This document shows positions 10,659 to 22,179 of a stretch of DNA of 64,000 nt, piece by piece. The notes under the pieces were generated by a model, which saw only the letters and a list, made by a program, of their open reading frames with translations, did not search any database and was not told the DNA's origin. Source of the DNA: Vitrella brassicaformis CCMP3155. Its lineage: Eukaryota > Protista > Chromerida. The translations under genes were made by a program, and so were the position numbers. The stretch covers positions 23,552 through 87,551 of the forward strand of contig CDMY01000397.1 of assembly GCA_001179505.1 (NCBI GenBank), in the 5' to 3' direction. Position 1 is the stretch's first letter; each line of letters opens with the position of its first letter.

Positions 10659-12431
10659 ATGCTCAAGACAAAGCGGCTGCTGCCAATCCTGCTCTCTGCC
10701 CTCGTAGCCGTCTTCGTCTTTGCCCGCTGCGGCGTGGCGACGCTGAGGTCCATCAGCAGCTCATCTGCCGTGGGTAAGTATGCGATGAACACAAAAGCGC
10801 GATGTGCCTGTCTGGCTCATTATGTCTGTTGCTTGGGTGTGCTTGTTCAATCCAGGTGACAGTGTGGCGGCTCGTCAACTGGTAGCTGTTGTGGCGGTGT
10901 GCCGACACGGCGCCCGATCCCCCATAGATTTCTTTGCCAATGATGAGAATACTGCTGCGGTAAGCTAATGGCCGTGCACGCGGAGAGAACAGGTGACCGA
11001 CAAGTGCGATTGTCTGTCCCTGTTGTCCGTCTGTGGTTCACACAGACGTGGCCGATGGGTCGAGGATTCCTGACGCCACTCGGTGTGCGGCAGATGTTCC
11101 TGCTCGGGGCAGCTCTGAGGCATCGCTATGTGGACAAGCACCAGCTGCTCAGTCCATCGTACACGCGGCAAGAGGTGTTTGTGAGATCCACTGCTAAGCT
11201 GAGGACGGTGCAGAGCGCTTCGGCACTGATGATGGGGATGTTCCCGGCGCCCCAGCGTGTGTGGCAGCTCAACGAAGACCAGGCATCGTCTCACGCCGCC
11301 CTGCCACCGATGTTAGTAGGAGAGGAGCGATACGACGGCCCCTTCGACGTGAGCTCTGTCTTGGATCATCTCGGCGACTCGGCCCTCCCATTCATGCAGA
11401 CCGCCGTACCTGTCCTGTCGCTCGGTCTGTCCTCCGACCACCTCCTGCTTGGCTTTGAGGTGAGGGGGCACCAAGGCGACTTCTGTCTGCTCGTCCCAGC
11501 TTCTCTCTGTCTCTGTGTGCAGCCCAATACGTGTCCGCCGTTATCCAAGGTAATGGACGAGCTGCTAAACGACGAGGAGGCCAAGGCAGCCAACGCCAAG
11601 TGGCTGCAGGAGATCAACGAGGCCCACACTCGCTTCGACACACGGCCGGACGCGTTTGGTCTGGGTGCTCTCGGCGACACATTAGCCTGCGAGAAAGCGG
11701 ATGGCCGGCAGCTCCCTGTGAGCGAAGACTCAGCCTTATACCGCGCAGCGATTGAGGCCAAGGACTTCGGAATCTCGCACTTGAACGGCCACCCCACCAT
11801 CGCCCAGATCGGCGCCACCCCTTTCTACTCTGTCTTGGTGGACATACTGTCGAGCAAAGCGCAGACGGGCAAGATGAAGATATCCGATGCGGCCAGCCCC
11901 TTTCTCGGCACACCAGAGCTACACGAAGACACCAGATTCGTGCTCCTTTCGGCCCACGACTCGACCATCAGCAACTTGCTTGGGTTTATCGGTCTGAACG
12001 ACGGCAAGCAGCCCCCCTTCGCCTCTCTGCTGGCTTTCGAGCTGTGGAGGGAGCCATCGGGAGAGTTCACTGTGTCGGTCCTCTACAATGCGGCAGAAAA
12101 GCCGGTGCCCGGTTGCTCGAGCGATCCCTGTTCGCTGGAGGCCTTCCAGCGCATAGTTGATGACAAGAAGGTGCCAGGGGGCTACCTCCCCTACTGCGGG
12201 AAGGAGACTTCGTCGGCCGCGTCAGGCGATGCGGGGAGGGGCATCCAGGCCGCCCCCGCGAGACGCCTGGGACAGCCCGAGGAGACGGACGACATGGAGA
12301 GTGGCGATGCACACGATGAGCTGCTGCAGCTGCATGACGGCAGGCGGGGCAGGGTGGCGGGCATGCGATCGCTGGAGCCGTGGCAGGACCTGGCGGCTGA
12401 AGAGGGGTCGCCTGAAATGGCCGGCATATAG
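10659..12431 (+). CDS. Secreted/lysosomal-type histidine acid phosphatase (branch 2)
   Basis: Hydrophobic N-terminal signal (LLPILLSALVAVFVFA). RHGARSP catalytic motif encoded at 10903-10923. Further blocks LTPLGVRQMFLLG..LRHRY, VRST...RTVQSA and the C-terminal SAHDST (HD) motif. Introns at ~10774-10855, 10960-11044 and 11460-11522. Confidence 0.92.
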
Positions 12432-12708
12432 TTAGGGCGAATGAGGGGAGGGGTGCTTTGTGTGTTGCAATGTCGATTTTGTCGTCCCTTTCATGCGGCG
12501 AGAGCGACAGTGTACAGAGTTTTGTGGGAGCGTGCGTGTATTTGTCCTATGTATGTGTGTGTGTGTGAGGGCCATAGCGCTCAGAACGGACTGCTCGCAT
12601 CATGATGACGTGATGTGCTGGGCAGATGAGATGGATGAGACATGGGATTCACGACCTCAAAATTTGACTCACTCAAGGCACGCACTGAATCCTTTGTCCT
12701 TTTGTTCC

Positions 12709-13867
12709 CTACGGCCCCACGTGGCGCTTCAGCGCCTGCACGAGCTCCTGAATGTCGTTGGTCTCCATGTACCGAATGTATGTGAACAGCAACGACCTGA
12801 CGTAGGCACGGGAACAATCAGTTCATGCACCATCCCACCCATCCCATTTGTTTCACTATCTACCTGTCTCTGTCTATCTGCCTGGCGTCACTGTGCAGCC
12901 TGTCCCGTTCTGCGTCTGTGATCCAGCCGTCCTCGCACAGGGCAGAGAAGAGCGCAGTCAGGTGACTCCTCCTGCACACATCACACATGACCCCCACAGC
13001 ACATCGACTCCTCCCTGCCTGTCTGTCTGCGTACAGGAGGAAGTTGTGCATTCTTCCCATCGCAGCGGCCCTCTTCTGCTCTGCAGAGACATCATCCGTC
13101 CGCACAGACGTGGTCGCCGACGAGGCAGACTGGACGGCCCGCCGGAAGGGCCCCTCGCCACCATCCCCCTGCCCACGGAAATCGACAGTAATGCGCATCG
13201 GCTCTTGTGCCTGTTCGGGTGAGACGGGCGCAGGGGGGGCAGGGGATGGCTGGGAAGCAACAGTCGGCACATCAGGAGACGCAGGCACGGTCGTTGGCAA
13301 GGTTGAAGGAGAGGTCACACGTCTCTCGACGGGCGGCGGTGTGCCGTCAAGGAACTCCAGCACCCCTTTCCCCTCGATGGATATATGATAGAGGTCGTCC
13401 AGTCGCCGTGGCTGGGCCGCCCCAGCGGGTGTGCCGCGGATGGTGCGATTGGTGGAGTTCATGTACTTGGGAGTCATGCAATAGGGCAGGTCGTCCTGCT
13501 CGAAGGAGGTGCGATGGGGGTGGATTGTGCGAAGCTTCTCTTGGACGGTGATGGGCAAGGGGTGGTGGAACGAAAAGGTCATATACGACCTTCGATGGGC
13601 GGCGGAATATCCGTGGTCACGCGCAGACAGCCCTGTGCGTCCCAAGGAAGAAAGACACACAGAGAGAGAGTACAATGACAAGGCCTCAAAATGCGAGTGA
13701 GTGTTCGCCTTACCGAGAGGGAACTTCTCGAAGGTCTCCTGGTGAGCGTAGAGAGCACATGCATACAGTACGTTGTCAAAAAGAAAGAACCAGGCAATTC
13801 CCACCCATGTCTGTCACTGTGCCGAGCTCACCGAGAATGTTTCGTCCCCAGAAACGCCGTGACTCAT
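12709..13867 (-). CDS. Hypothetical protein (multi-exon)
   Basis: In-frame spliced model MSHGVSGDETFS|ETFEKFPL|GLSARDHGYSAAHRRSYMTF...RMHNFLLY|ALFSALCEDGWITDAERD|SLLFTYIRYMETNDIQELVQALKRHVGP*. No family recognised. Confidence 0.6.
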
Positions 13868-14019
13868 CCCCACTCTGTGCCGTCAGCCCCTCCCTTGACC
13901 AGCAGGAAGGCGCAATTAGGGTACTGAAGGGTAGAGCCCGAAAAGGGCGCGTGAATGGAAGTTGATCTCCGCATGCGCGCCCCCCTTTCCAGCTCGCAGG
14001 CCCCCCGTCTTCCCCAACA

Positions 14020-15454
14020 ATGCAGTGTCAGAAGCGGACAGATTGCACACACGGCAACCCGATCATAGGGGAGCTCTTCCACAGCACTCAATGGAGAATC
14101 CACAGCGACCGACTCCGCAAGAGCAGGCCCCAAATCGACACGGCCGTGCCGCTGTCCACCGTCTACTCCCGCGGGCTGCCCAAGGACTACCCCTACCAGC
14201 AGAACAAGAAGAAGGAGGCAGCCTACCAGAACTACAAGATGCTGCAGAGCATCGCCAAAACCATGACAAGGGTGCCGCAGCTGCCTGAGCGGATCAAGGG
14301 GTGCCCGCCCAGCCTCAACAGACACGCACGGCAGAAGGAGCTGTTCCGCATCATGGGCGAGAACCAGGTGAACAAACCAAGCCAGAGTGGATGAGTCATG
14401 CAGCCTTCTGCTGTGTGACTACTTGCAGAGGTTGTTGCACCGGTTGGAGACGTGCAAGTCGGTCTATTCCGTGCAGAAGCTCAAGGAGGAGCGCAAGGTG
14501 CAGCTCAAGTATAGATTCAACTGCAGCTATGCGTGCAGGAGACAAAAGATGGGCAGTGGCGCTTGTGGTACGCTGCCACCTCTCGACGCCAGCAAGCGCT
14601 TCCGCGGCTTCCATTCCTCTCGAGCTAAAGCCCAGTCCTCTCCATCACAGTCCCATGCCTATCCGGGATCAGCTGTGCATTCGCCGGGCTCCAAAAGCTG
14701 TCCTGTCCTCCCCCCTATCGAAGCGCAAGACTCGTCTGCAGAGCCGCCGCCCCCTGCTGCTGCAGCTGCTACCGAGAGTGACTTCCCCCCGCCCCCAGAG
14801 GAGATCGACGGCGAAGACGGCGGCCTGCCTGATCCCTACGGGCCTGACTTCGTCACGCCATCGAATGAGTCTCCGGTGCCCTCCTCTGCGTCACTCACCG
14901 GCCGTGGCCGCTCATCGCGCGTGTCTCGAGGGTCCAAGAGCAGCAATGGCAGGCCGCCAACCAGCAGTGTGGCTGGAGGGGGGAAAGGAGAGAGGGGTCT
15001 TGCCAAGGACAGTGCTGGTGGTGGCGAGAGGGAAAGCGACGACGCTGAGGCTGTGCTTGCGGCCATGCCACCGCCTCCCGACAGACCGCCGGGCCGGAGA
15101 GGCGGCCCCTCACATTTGAGGGTGGAGACGGGCGATGAGGGCCGGGGGCCGGTGCCGCTGAGAGCGACAGAGGAGGGTGCCCGGCTGGCACCGCAGAAGC
15201 AGAGGAAAGCCGGTGAGAAGAAGGCCAAACAGAGGGTGAAGGAGGAGCACTGGAAGGACAAGCAGCTGGCGGCTCTGCTGAACGAGCTGGACGGTGCCAA
15301 CCCGTACTATGAGGAGGTGTCTGTGGGTGAAGGTGAGTCGAGGGCGCAGGGGGTTCTGCAGAGGGCGCAGCTGGAGAAAGAGCATGAGCGGTCCCGGCTG
15401 ATGCAGTCTCAGGACAGGCCACACATGGCTGGCAAGAGGATGCCCAGACGGTGA
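14020..15454 (+). CDS. CFAP97/Hemingway (KIAA1430-like) domain protein with low-complexity C-terminal extension
   Basis: HSDRLRKSRPQIDT..P, NYKMLQSI and RQKELFRIMGENQ|RLLHRLETCKSVYS match the characteristic CFAP97-domain pattern. One intron at ~14369-14430. Confidence 0.7.
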
Positions 15455-17080
15455 GTGATTGTTGGACTGATGGTCGGGCGGGTATATGGAAGTGCGGATG
15501 TCTCGATTCGTTTTCTTTCTTTCGGTGGCCATGTGGTGTCTGTTCTGACGTACTACTATTATATGGCTGGTTGAAATCGCACCCTCCGATTGTACTGTCC
15601 CATCCGTCCATCATGAGACATGACTCACGGGGGTGCGTGCAGCACCGCAGCAAAAATATTACTAAATGCACACAGCATCCACACAGCCATCCATCCATCC
15701 ATGCATCCATCCATAATGTGTTGATAGGGAGATGCCATACAATAAAGCCTGGACACCACACACCAAATCATGGGCCACTTCTTGAAAAAGGGAGCATGAA
15801 GCGATATAGATGGAACGTGGATGGACGGAAAGGAACGATGGCTTGCCTGTACATTTACTCTGTCTGCCAGCCGAATTGTGTTGACGCCCCCCCTCACACA
15901 CACATGGACAGACCGATACAGTCAGTCAGTCAGTCGTGGGCGAGTTGACGTAGACAGATACGTCCGCCGCCTGCAAGCCAGCCACATCCAGGTAGGCACA
16001 GCCAGCTACCTCAACACGCGCACACCTACACACACTGAACAGACGGGGGAAAAACGATGGCAGGACATGACTATCACCACACACACACACACCCTCCCCC
16101 TCCGGCTCACCAGTGAGTGCTGGCTGTCAATTCGAGAGCGTTACGCACACATGGAACAGCCGCCTGCCTTCCTTGAGGTTTAAATAGCGCCCCTTTGAGC
16201 CGACAGACACGCACACAGACAGACGGACAGACAGACAGACAGACACGCAGACATGCAGACAGACAGAGAGATAGACCGAAAAAATGGTCATTCATGTGTG
16301 CAATGTAATGGTCATCCATGTGTGTGTTAGCACCGAGCGGGCTGCAGGTGCCAGCGATGCTCTGGCGCAGGAGAAGGATACGCGGGGAAACATGGCCCAA
16401 TCGCAGGCACGCATCCCAGCGTACCAGTGCCCAGCACCAGCATCCCTGACACACACTGCCGCCCAGATGATGGATGGATGGATGGATGGATGCATAGACA
16501 GACAGAAGGAAATGGCCCCAGGTGCGAGTTGGGGGCGGACACACATGGCATACACATACATGAATAGCCAGTCGATGGGACAACAACACCCGGCTGATGG
16601 TTGCTCGCTGAACTAAACACATGAACATGAAATAGCGACTTGCAGGACCACTGATGACCGCCGAAAAGCCAAAACCTGCCTGTCTGATCTGATCTCTCTA
16701 CACTACACACACGCACACCCACACAGACAGACATGAAGGCACAGACACTCACGCACGCATGCATTCACTCATTCACTCATTCATTCATTCATTCAAACAC
16801 AGGGATGGAATGTGCCCGTCCGGTATTCGACCACATGTAATCCATCCCCCATGCGACGGATCAGCAGCAGGTATGTATATATTATATAAACAGCACTCCC
16901 ACTCACACCGAACCAAACACCAGCCGGCCGCAGACAGCCACACCAACCAAAAAGAGGCTCTCTCTACAGTCTGCCTACCTACCTAGCTAGCTCTCGTCCC
17001 GTACGTATGTACACCCACAGCCCTACACATGAGGAACGCGTACATAGACGTCAGACAGACCGACAGACACCACTCATATA

Positions 17081-20000
17081 TCATGAATCGAATACGAATT
17101 GCCCCATGGCCACCAAGTCATAGCCCAGCCTTTCCGCGTTCCACTTAGCCTGCAGCGTGCCCTCGGCCCTCCCCCTGCCGAGCTGCGCGTGGCCGTCTCT
17201 CCCCCCCAGAGTGTGAGTGACAACCGCCTGCCCACCCAGTGTCCGCTTCATGGGCGAATCGCTCTCGAACGGAATGATCAGCGGCTCGCATGGCAGGAGG
17301 GGTGAGGGGAAGGAGGCCTCGCGCTCCCACGAGCAACCCGCCGGCGGATCGATCACATACATCCCTGCACAAGGTGCACAACCACACACACAGCAGAGAT
17401 GTGTTTGGTGTGTGGTCGGTCCGTCGCTGCACTCACTCACCCATGAGTATCATGTCTCCATGCAGCAGGTCGCCGACGTCTTGGCCACTGAAGCCCCCCT
17501 TGCCCACCACATACCTCCACCCGCCCTCGTGAATCGTCGGCTCCTTCCCCGTCAAGGACGACGCACCGCTGCCCACCACAAAGGACAGGCTTCTGAAATC
17601 TGCCGCCCTGTTGACCACGTAAGCCTCCACCCGACCGCCCGGCACGTACATGGTGGCCGTCAGGGGGAGGGTCGTGGCCGTGCCGAGGATGTCCTCCGAG
17701 ATGGGTATGCCGAATCGGTCACCGAGGACGCGCTCGAGGAACTCCACACGCATCGCTGCGTCAGCACGGGAGGGAGGACAGGTAGATGGTGGAACCGGGT
17801 GAGGGGCCTGCTTGTCGTGCGTCGCTTACCTCTGATGTCGGCGTCACTGACGATGGTTGTGTGTGTCTTGAGGAACTCGATGCCGGCACCGCGGACGAAG
17901 TGGTGGGCTGTGGTGGCGGGGAAGGTCGCGACCCCAGCATTAGCCTGGGTGACCGGCATAAAACCTGACCAGAGAAAGAATCATACATGAGTCACCGTGC
18001 TGTTCGTCCCTCGTTGCCTCCATTGGTCACTTACCGTCTTGCATCCAGGTGATGGCGTGCTTGTAGTTGCTGAATGACAGCCCCCCCACCCGCCCCACCT
18101 TGCTGAACACTGGCTCCGTCCGCACACTCATCGCCGGCTGCACAGCAGACGGGGAAAACCGCCATAACATGGACCCATCAAACTCTCCCGGCTGGGTCAC
18201 GAACATGACACCCACGCCCCTGCCGTGGCCCCACTCAGAGCTGTACAGCCCGTAGTCAAACACGACGGGCGTGGACGGCGCTTGTCTGTCCTTGGCCTCA
18301 GGGAAGAAGAGTGGCGTCTCGGTTTGGTACTGAATGACCAGGTTGGGCTCGCCCTGCCGGTGCATCGTGGGGTTCTCCACCACCATGATGCCGTAGATGA
18401 GCAGAGTGCCGGGCGGCAGCCACCTGCCGCCGCCGCCGCCCCACGTGCCGGTGACTGTCAGCCCGTCCTTGCCCACATGCACGCCGTGGCACACGTCGAT
18501 CACAGGAGACGATCGCAGAGGGCCCGCGCAGTGAGATGAAGGCAACGACGCGTCCGTGCTCCACTCGCAGTAGGTAGCCAGGTGGAATGAGTCCCGCTCC
18601 AGGATGCCGGCGCTGAACTTGGTGCCTCTGCGGTCGAGTTCAATGGCCCTCTCCAGGGGCGTGTCCTCGACACCCTTGATCTTGACGCCGTAGTATGACC
18701 TGAGCCACTTGACGGCCGACCGCCTGAAGGCCCGAAGCTGCTCGTCGCTCTGGTAGGGCGTGACCATCCGCATGAAGCCGACGGCTTTGGGGGAGGGGCC
18801 CATGAGACCCTGGCGCACCCGGCCGCGGACCATCGAATGGAGGACCACATGGCCGCTGCCCCTGCCCGTGCCGATGGACTGGACGGTCAGTATGGGGCCC
18901 TGAGTCTGCTGCCTGCTCACGGACGGCGAGCTGAACTGGGCGTTCATGCCTGGCGTAGCGACGGCAACGGCCTTCTGAGAAGGACCAGCCTCCAGGTGGT
19001 CGATGAGGATGTCCTGCAGGTCCGCGCCTGCGCCGAGTTCATCGGCCGGTGAGTGGACACCGTTGCCGTCCATGAAGATGCCGTGGACTGGCCCGTGGCG
19101 TGACAGCAGGTTCTCTACGGTCACGTGCTGGAGGGTAAGGCCCCACGACGATGTGGCGGTGATGCCACGAACGTCAGCTCCCTGAAAGAAAAAGACAGAA
19201 AAATGATGCAGTTGTCGCTGCTCCGTGGTCACTGACCTGGTATTCGTGTGGTCTGAATTTGGTTGCCTTGACTGGGAGCTTGTTGTCGAGTTTGAAGGCG
19301 GCCATCTCGCTGCACAGCCACTCCTGGTGCTCGCCTACGTTGACCAGGTTCTGGATAGACACGTGCTTCATCTTGACGTCGTGCGCAAAGTCCGCTCGCA
19401 CACCCATCAGGCCCTTTGGCGTGTGGAACATCACGTCCTGACATGCACACACACACACACACACAGAGAGAGAGAGATCGAGAGATCATGGATTCTCCAT
19501 ATGTGTGTCCCGTCGTGCATTGTGTCTGTGTGTATTGTGTCTGTGTGTAGGTACCTGTCCGCACACAAGATAGTGCTCTTTCTCGCCAGGCTGAAACAGG
19601 TCCCCCATGACGGCTCCAGGTGTAGTCGCCCAGTCGAAGAACTCCTGTGTCAGCGCCAGTCCGCCGAAGTACCTCTTGGTGATGATAGCGGGGTCCCTTG
19701 GCTCCAGGTGCGTGTCCTTGATGTTGCCCTGCGAGGCGCAGACGGTCTCGGCCGAGGTGCGGTTGGTGTCGGTGTTGCCGCAGGGCGAGTTGAGGACTCG
19801 AGCCTTGAAGTAGCTGTTGCTCAGCTTCCACATGGCCAGGACGGCGTCGACCAGGAAGGTGCCCCGGTACTCGCCGTAGGGCGTCAGAAAGTCGTCATCC
19901 ACCACACGCTGGATGTCGATCACATCTCGGGTGGGCCCCTGCATGAACTTGCCATCCTGGCCGACGAGTGATGGCACGTTGACGGGGTTGTTGGTCAAGC

Positions 20001-21646
20001 CGACAATCTTGACGTCCAGCAGAGTGACGTCCTTGGTCACTCTGGGGCTCGTGCCGTCGTAGTAGTTCTCCTTGGGCTGGCCGTGCTCATCCACAGCACC
20101 CCCAAGTCGATGCAGGAGGATGCCGTACATGGACCCGCCGTCGGGCAGACCCGACGGGTTGTCGAACCAGTACTTGGCCTCTGCAAACACAGAAATGCAT
20201 AACACACGGATCGTACTGTGGTCGATAGAGGCGCTCTGTCACTGCGATGTCCTGACCATTGAGCAGCTTTTCGTCTTCATCGCTGACGGGGGTTCGTTGC
20301 CTCTCGAAGAGATGAAGTCCTGCCCTAAGCCGTGCGAAGACGTCTTGGATCACCATTTGTTGGTCAGGCCTGTCTGCGTATGAGATGGTGTCCCTCAGCA
20401 GGTCGGCGAATTGCGGCCCCTCACGGCTGAACCCCATCGGGATGAGACGATTCACATAATGGTCCACGAAGCGAGCGGCAGAGTAGAACCCTGATGGATG
20501 GATGGGTACAACAAAAGAAAACCACTGCAAAAGCGTTTGGGAGGTGTTGGTGGCGCTGTGTTTGTGTACCTCTGACAGGGACTCGTTTGGAGCTGGGTCC
20601 AATCTGTGTGTGCTGGATGACCACTCGCTTGGCCCCGTTACATTGGATGCCCGTGACCTCGAAGTCTCGAACCTCCAAGTTAGATACCACAATGTCATAC
20701 GCTGACCGAACACAAAGGCACCGGCCAATACACGCACACGTGTGTGACTCATTAACCCATCTGCTCTGGCATGCCTGTCCCGCCACACCTCCGTTTGAGT
20801 GAATGCCGGCGTGCGACGACAGGCCGAGGATGCCGTTGGAGATGAGCGTCTTGGATGCCACCTTGGGCACCGAGTTGCGTTCCTTCAGTGGCGGTGAGGG
20901 CTGGCCGCCCGGCCGGGGATGCTCGAGCGACGGGTCGTTGTAGAGCTTGTCATTGACCTCCAGATTGAGCGACGACACCCCTCCGTTGAGCTCAAACGGC
21001 CCGTCGTTGAGCTCAATGCACGAAAAGAACCTGACAGACGAAAAACAGTGGATGCAGAGAGCCAGCTGCACGTTGGTTGCTGCTCGCCGGCGCACCGTTG
21101 TTTGAGGTAATGTTCATCGCTCTGTTTGATGGTGTGTCCGTTGAGGTCCAGCCACACCCCGCTGGTCTCGATGGTGATGGCCGAGAAAAAACCCAGATAG
21201 AACTTGCTGACGGGGTAATCGGCATCACCAAACTCGGGCCAGAAGTCCGTGTCCTACCAGGCACACAACATCAGTGTTACATCACACATTCACGTGCCCG
21301 CACTGCTCTCTCGAGGTGCCTGCACGGCTGCTCACCGGCCTTGGATTGAAAGTAATGTCCTCCCCGAGTCGGTACCTGCCCGGCTCTCGTATGCGGTATG
21401 TGCCCTTGTCGAAGTCCCGCTGCCTCAGCGTCTTTTTCACGGGCAGCCGCTGATATTTCGCCGCCCAGTCAGGCATCGCATCATCATCGGGGGGGCCCTG
21501 CACAGTGAACCAGCCCACAAGTGAGCACGTGAATCGTCCTCTGGTCATCCGTCTGATCTGCCTTGCGCTACCTGGGCTGTGACAGTGGCGATGAGGGAGG
21601 ACGAGACGAGCAGAGAGTGCAGGATAGACTTTGTCCCGCAACACAT
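17081..21646 (-). CDS. Large secreted right-handed beta-helix (pectin-lyase-like) protein with two tandem C-terminal domains of unknown function (multi-exon)
   Basis: Signal-like N-terminus MCCGTKSILHSLLVSSSLIATVTAQ spliced in frame to GPPDDDAMPDW. Beta-helix cap motifs GTYRIREPGRYRLGEDITFNP and VWLDLNGHTI. Rung-like repeats IVVSNLEVRDFEVTGIQCNGAKRVVIQHTQIG, VKMKHVSIQNL and LTLQHVTVENL. Confidence 0.7.
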
Positions 21647-22179
21647 CTCCTCTTCAGGCTCAGTGTGTAAGTGAATTGGCTGCCGCAGGTTATCGTCCCG
21701 GCTGGTTGTTCTGCTTGCCGGCGGTGCGCAGATCTTAGAACAAGCGAGCCGGTTGACCAAGGCGCACGGGAGCCCGCTCCAGACAGTGCTGCTCGCTGAC
21801 CCAAGGAGGCGGCAAGGAGAGATCAGTCCTGGTATCGACAGACGGCAGCGACAAGCGAAGATGGGCAACGCGGCCGTTGACAGGGAGCGCCCTTTGACGC
21901 GCCATCCCCCCCTGCCTCTGCACGTCTAAGCTCGCACGTTTTATCGATCCACCCCGTTTTGCCGCTTTGGAGTGTTTTGGGGGGTATTCAGTTGTGCATA
22001 GCACGGCAACGCTGCCGAAGACGTCACCTTCACTGCAAGAACCCCGCGGAAGGAGAGACTGGGGGCCCCAAGGGGGCCAGCGAGCTTATTTCAGCCAACA
22101 GAAGACCTCAGGGCGAATTCCGGCCTTGTAAAGGCCGGCAGAGGCAAACAAAGGCAGACAAGCTTCATAGCAGTGAATC

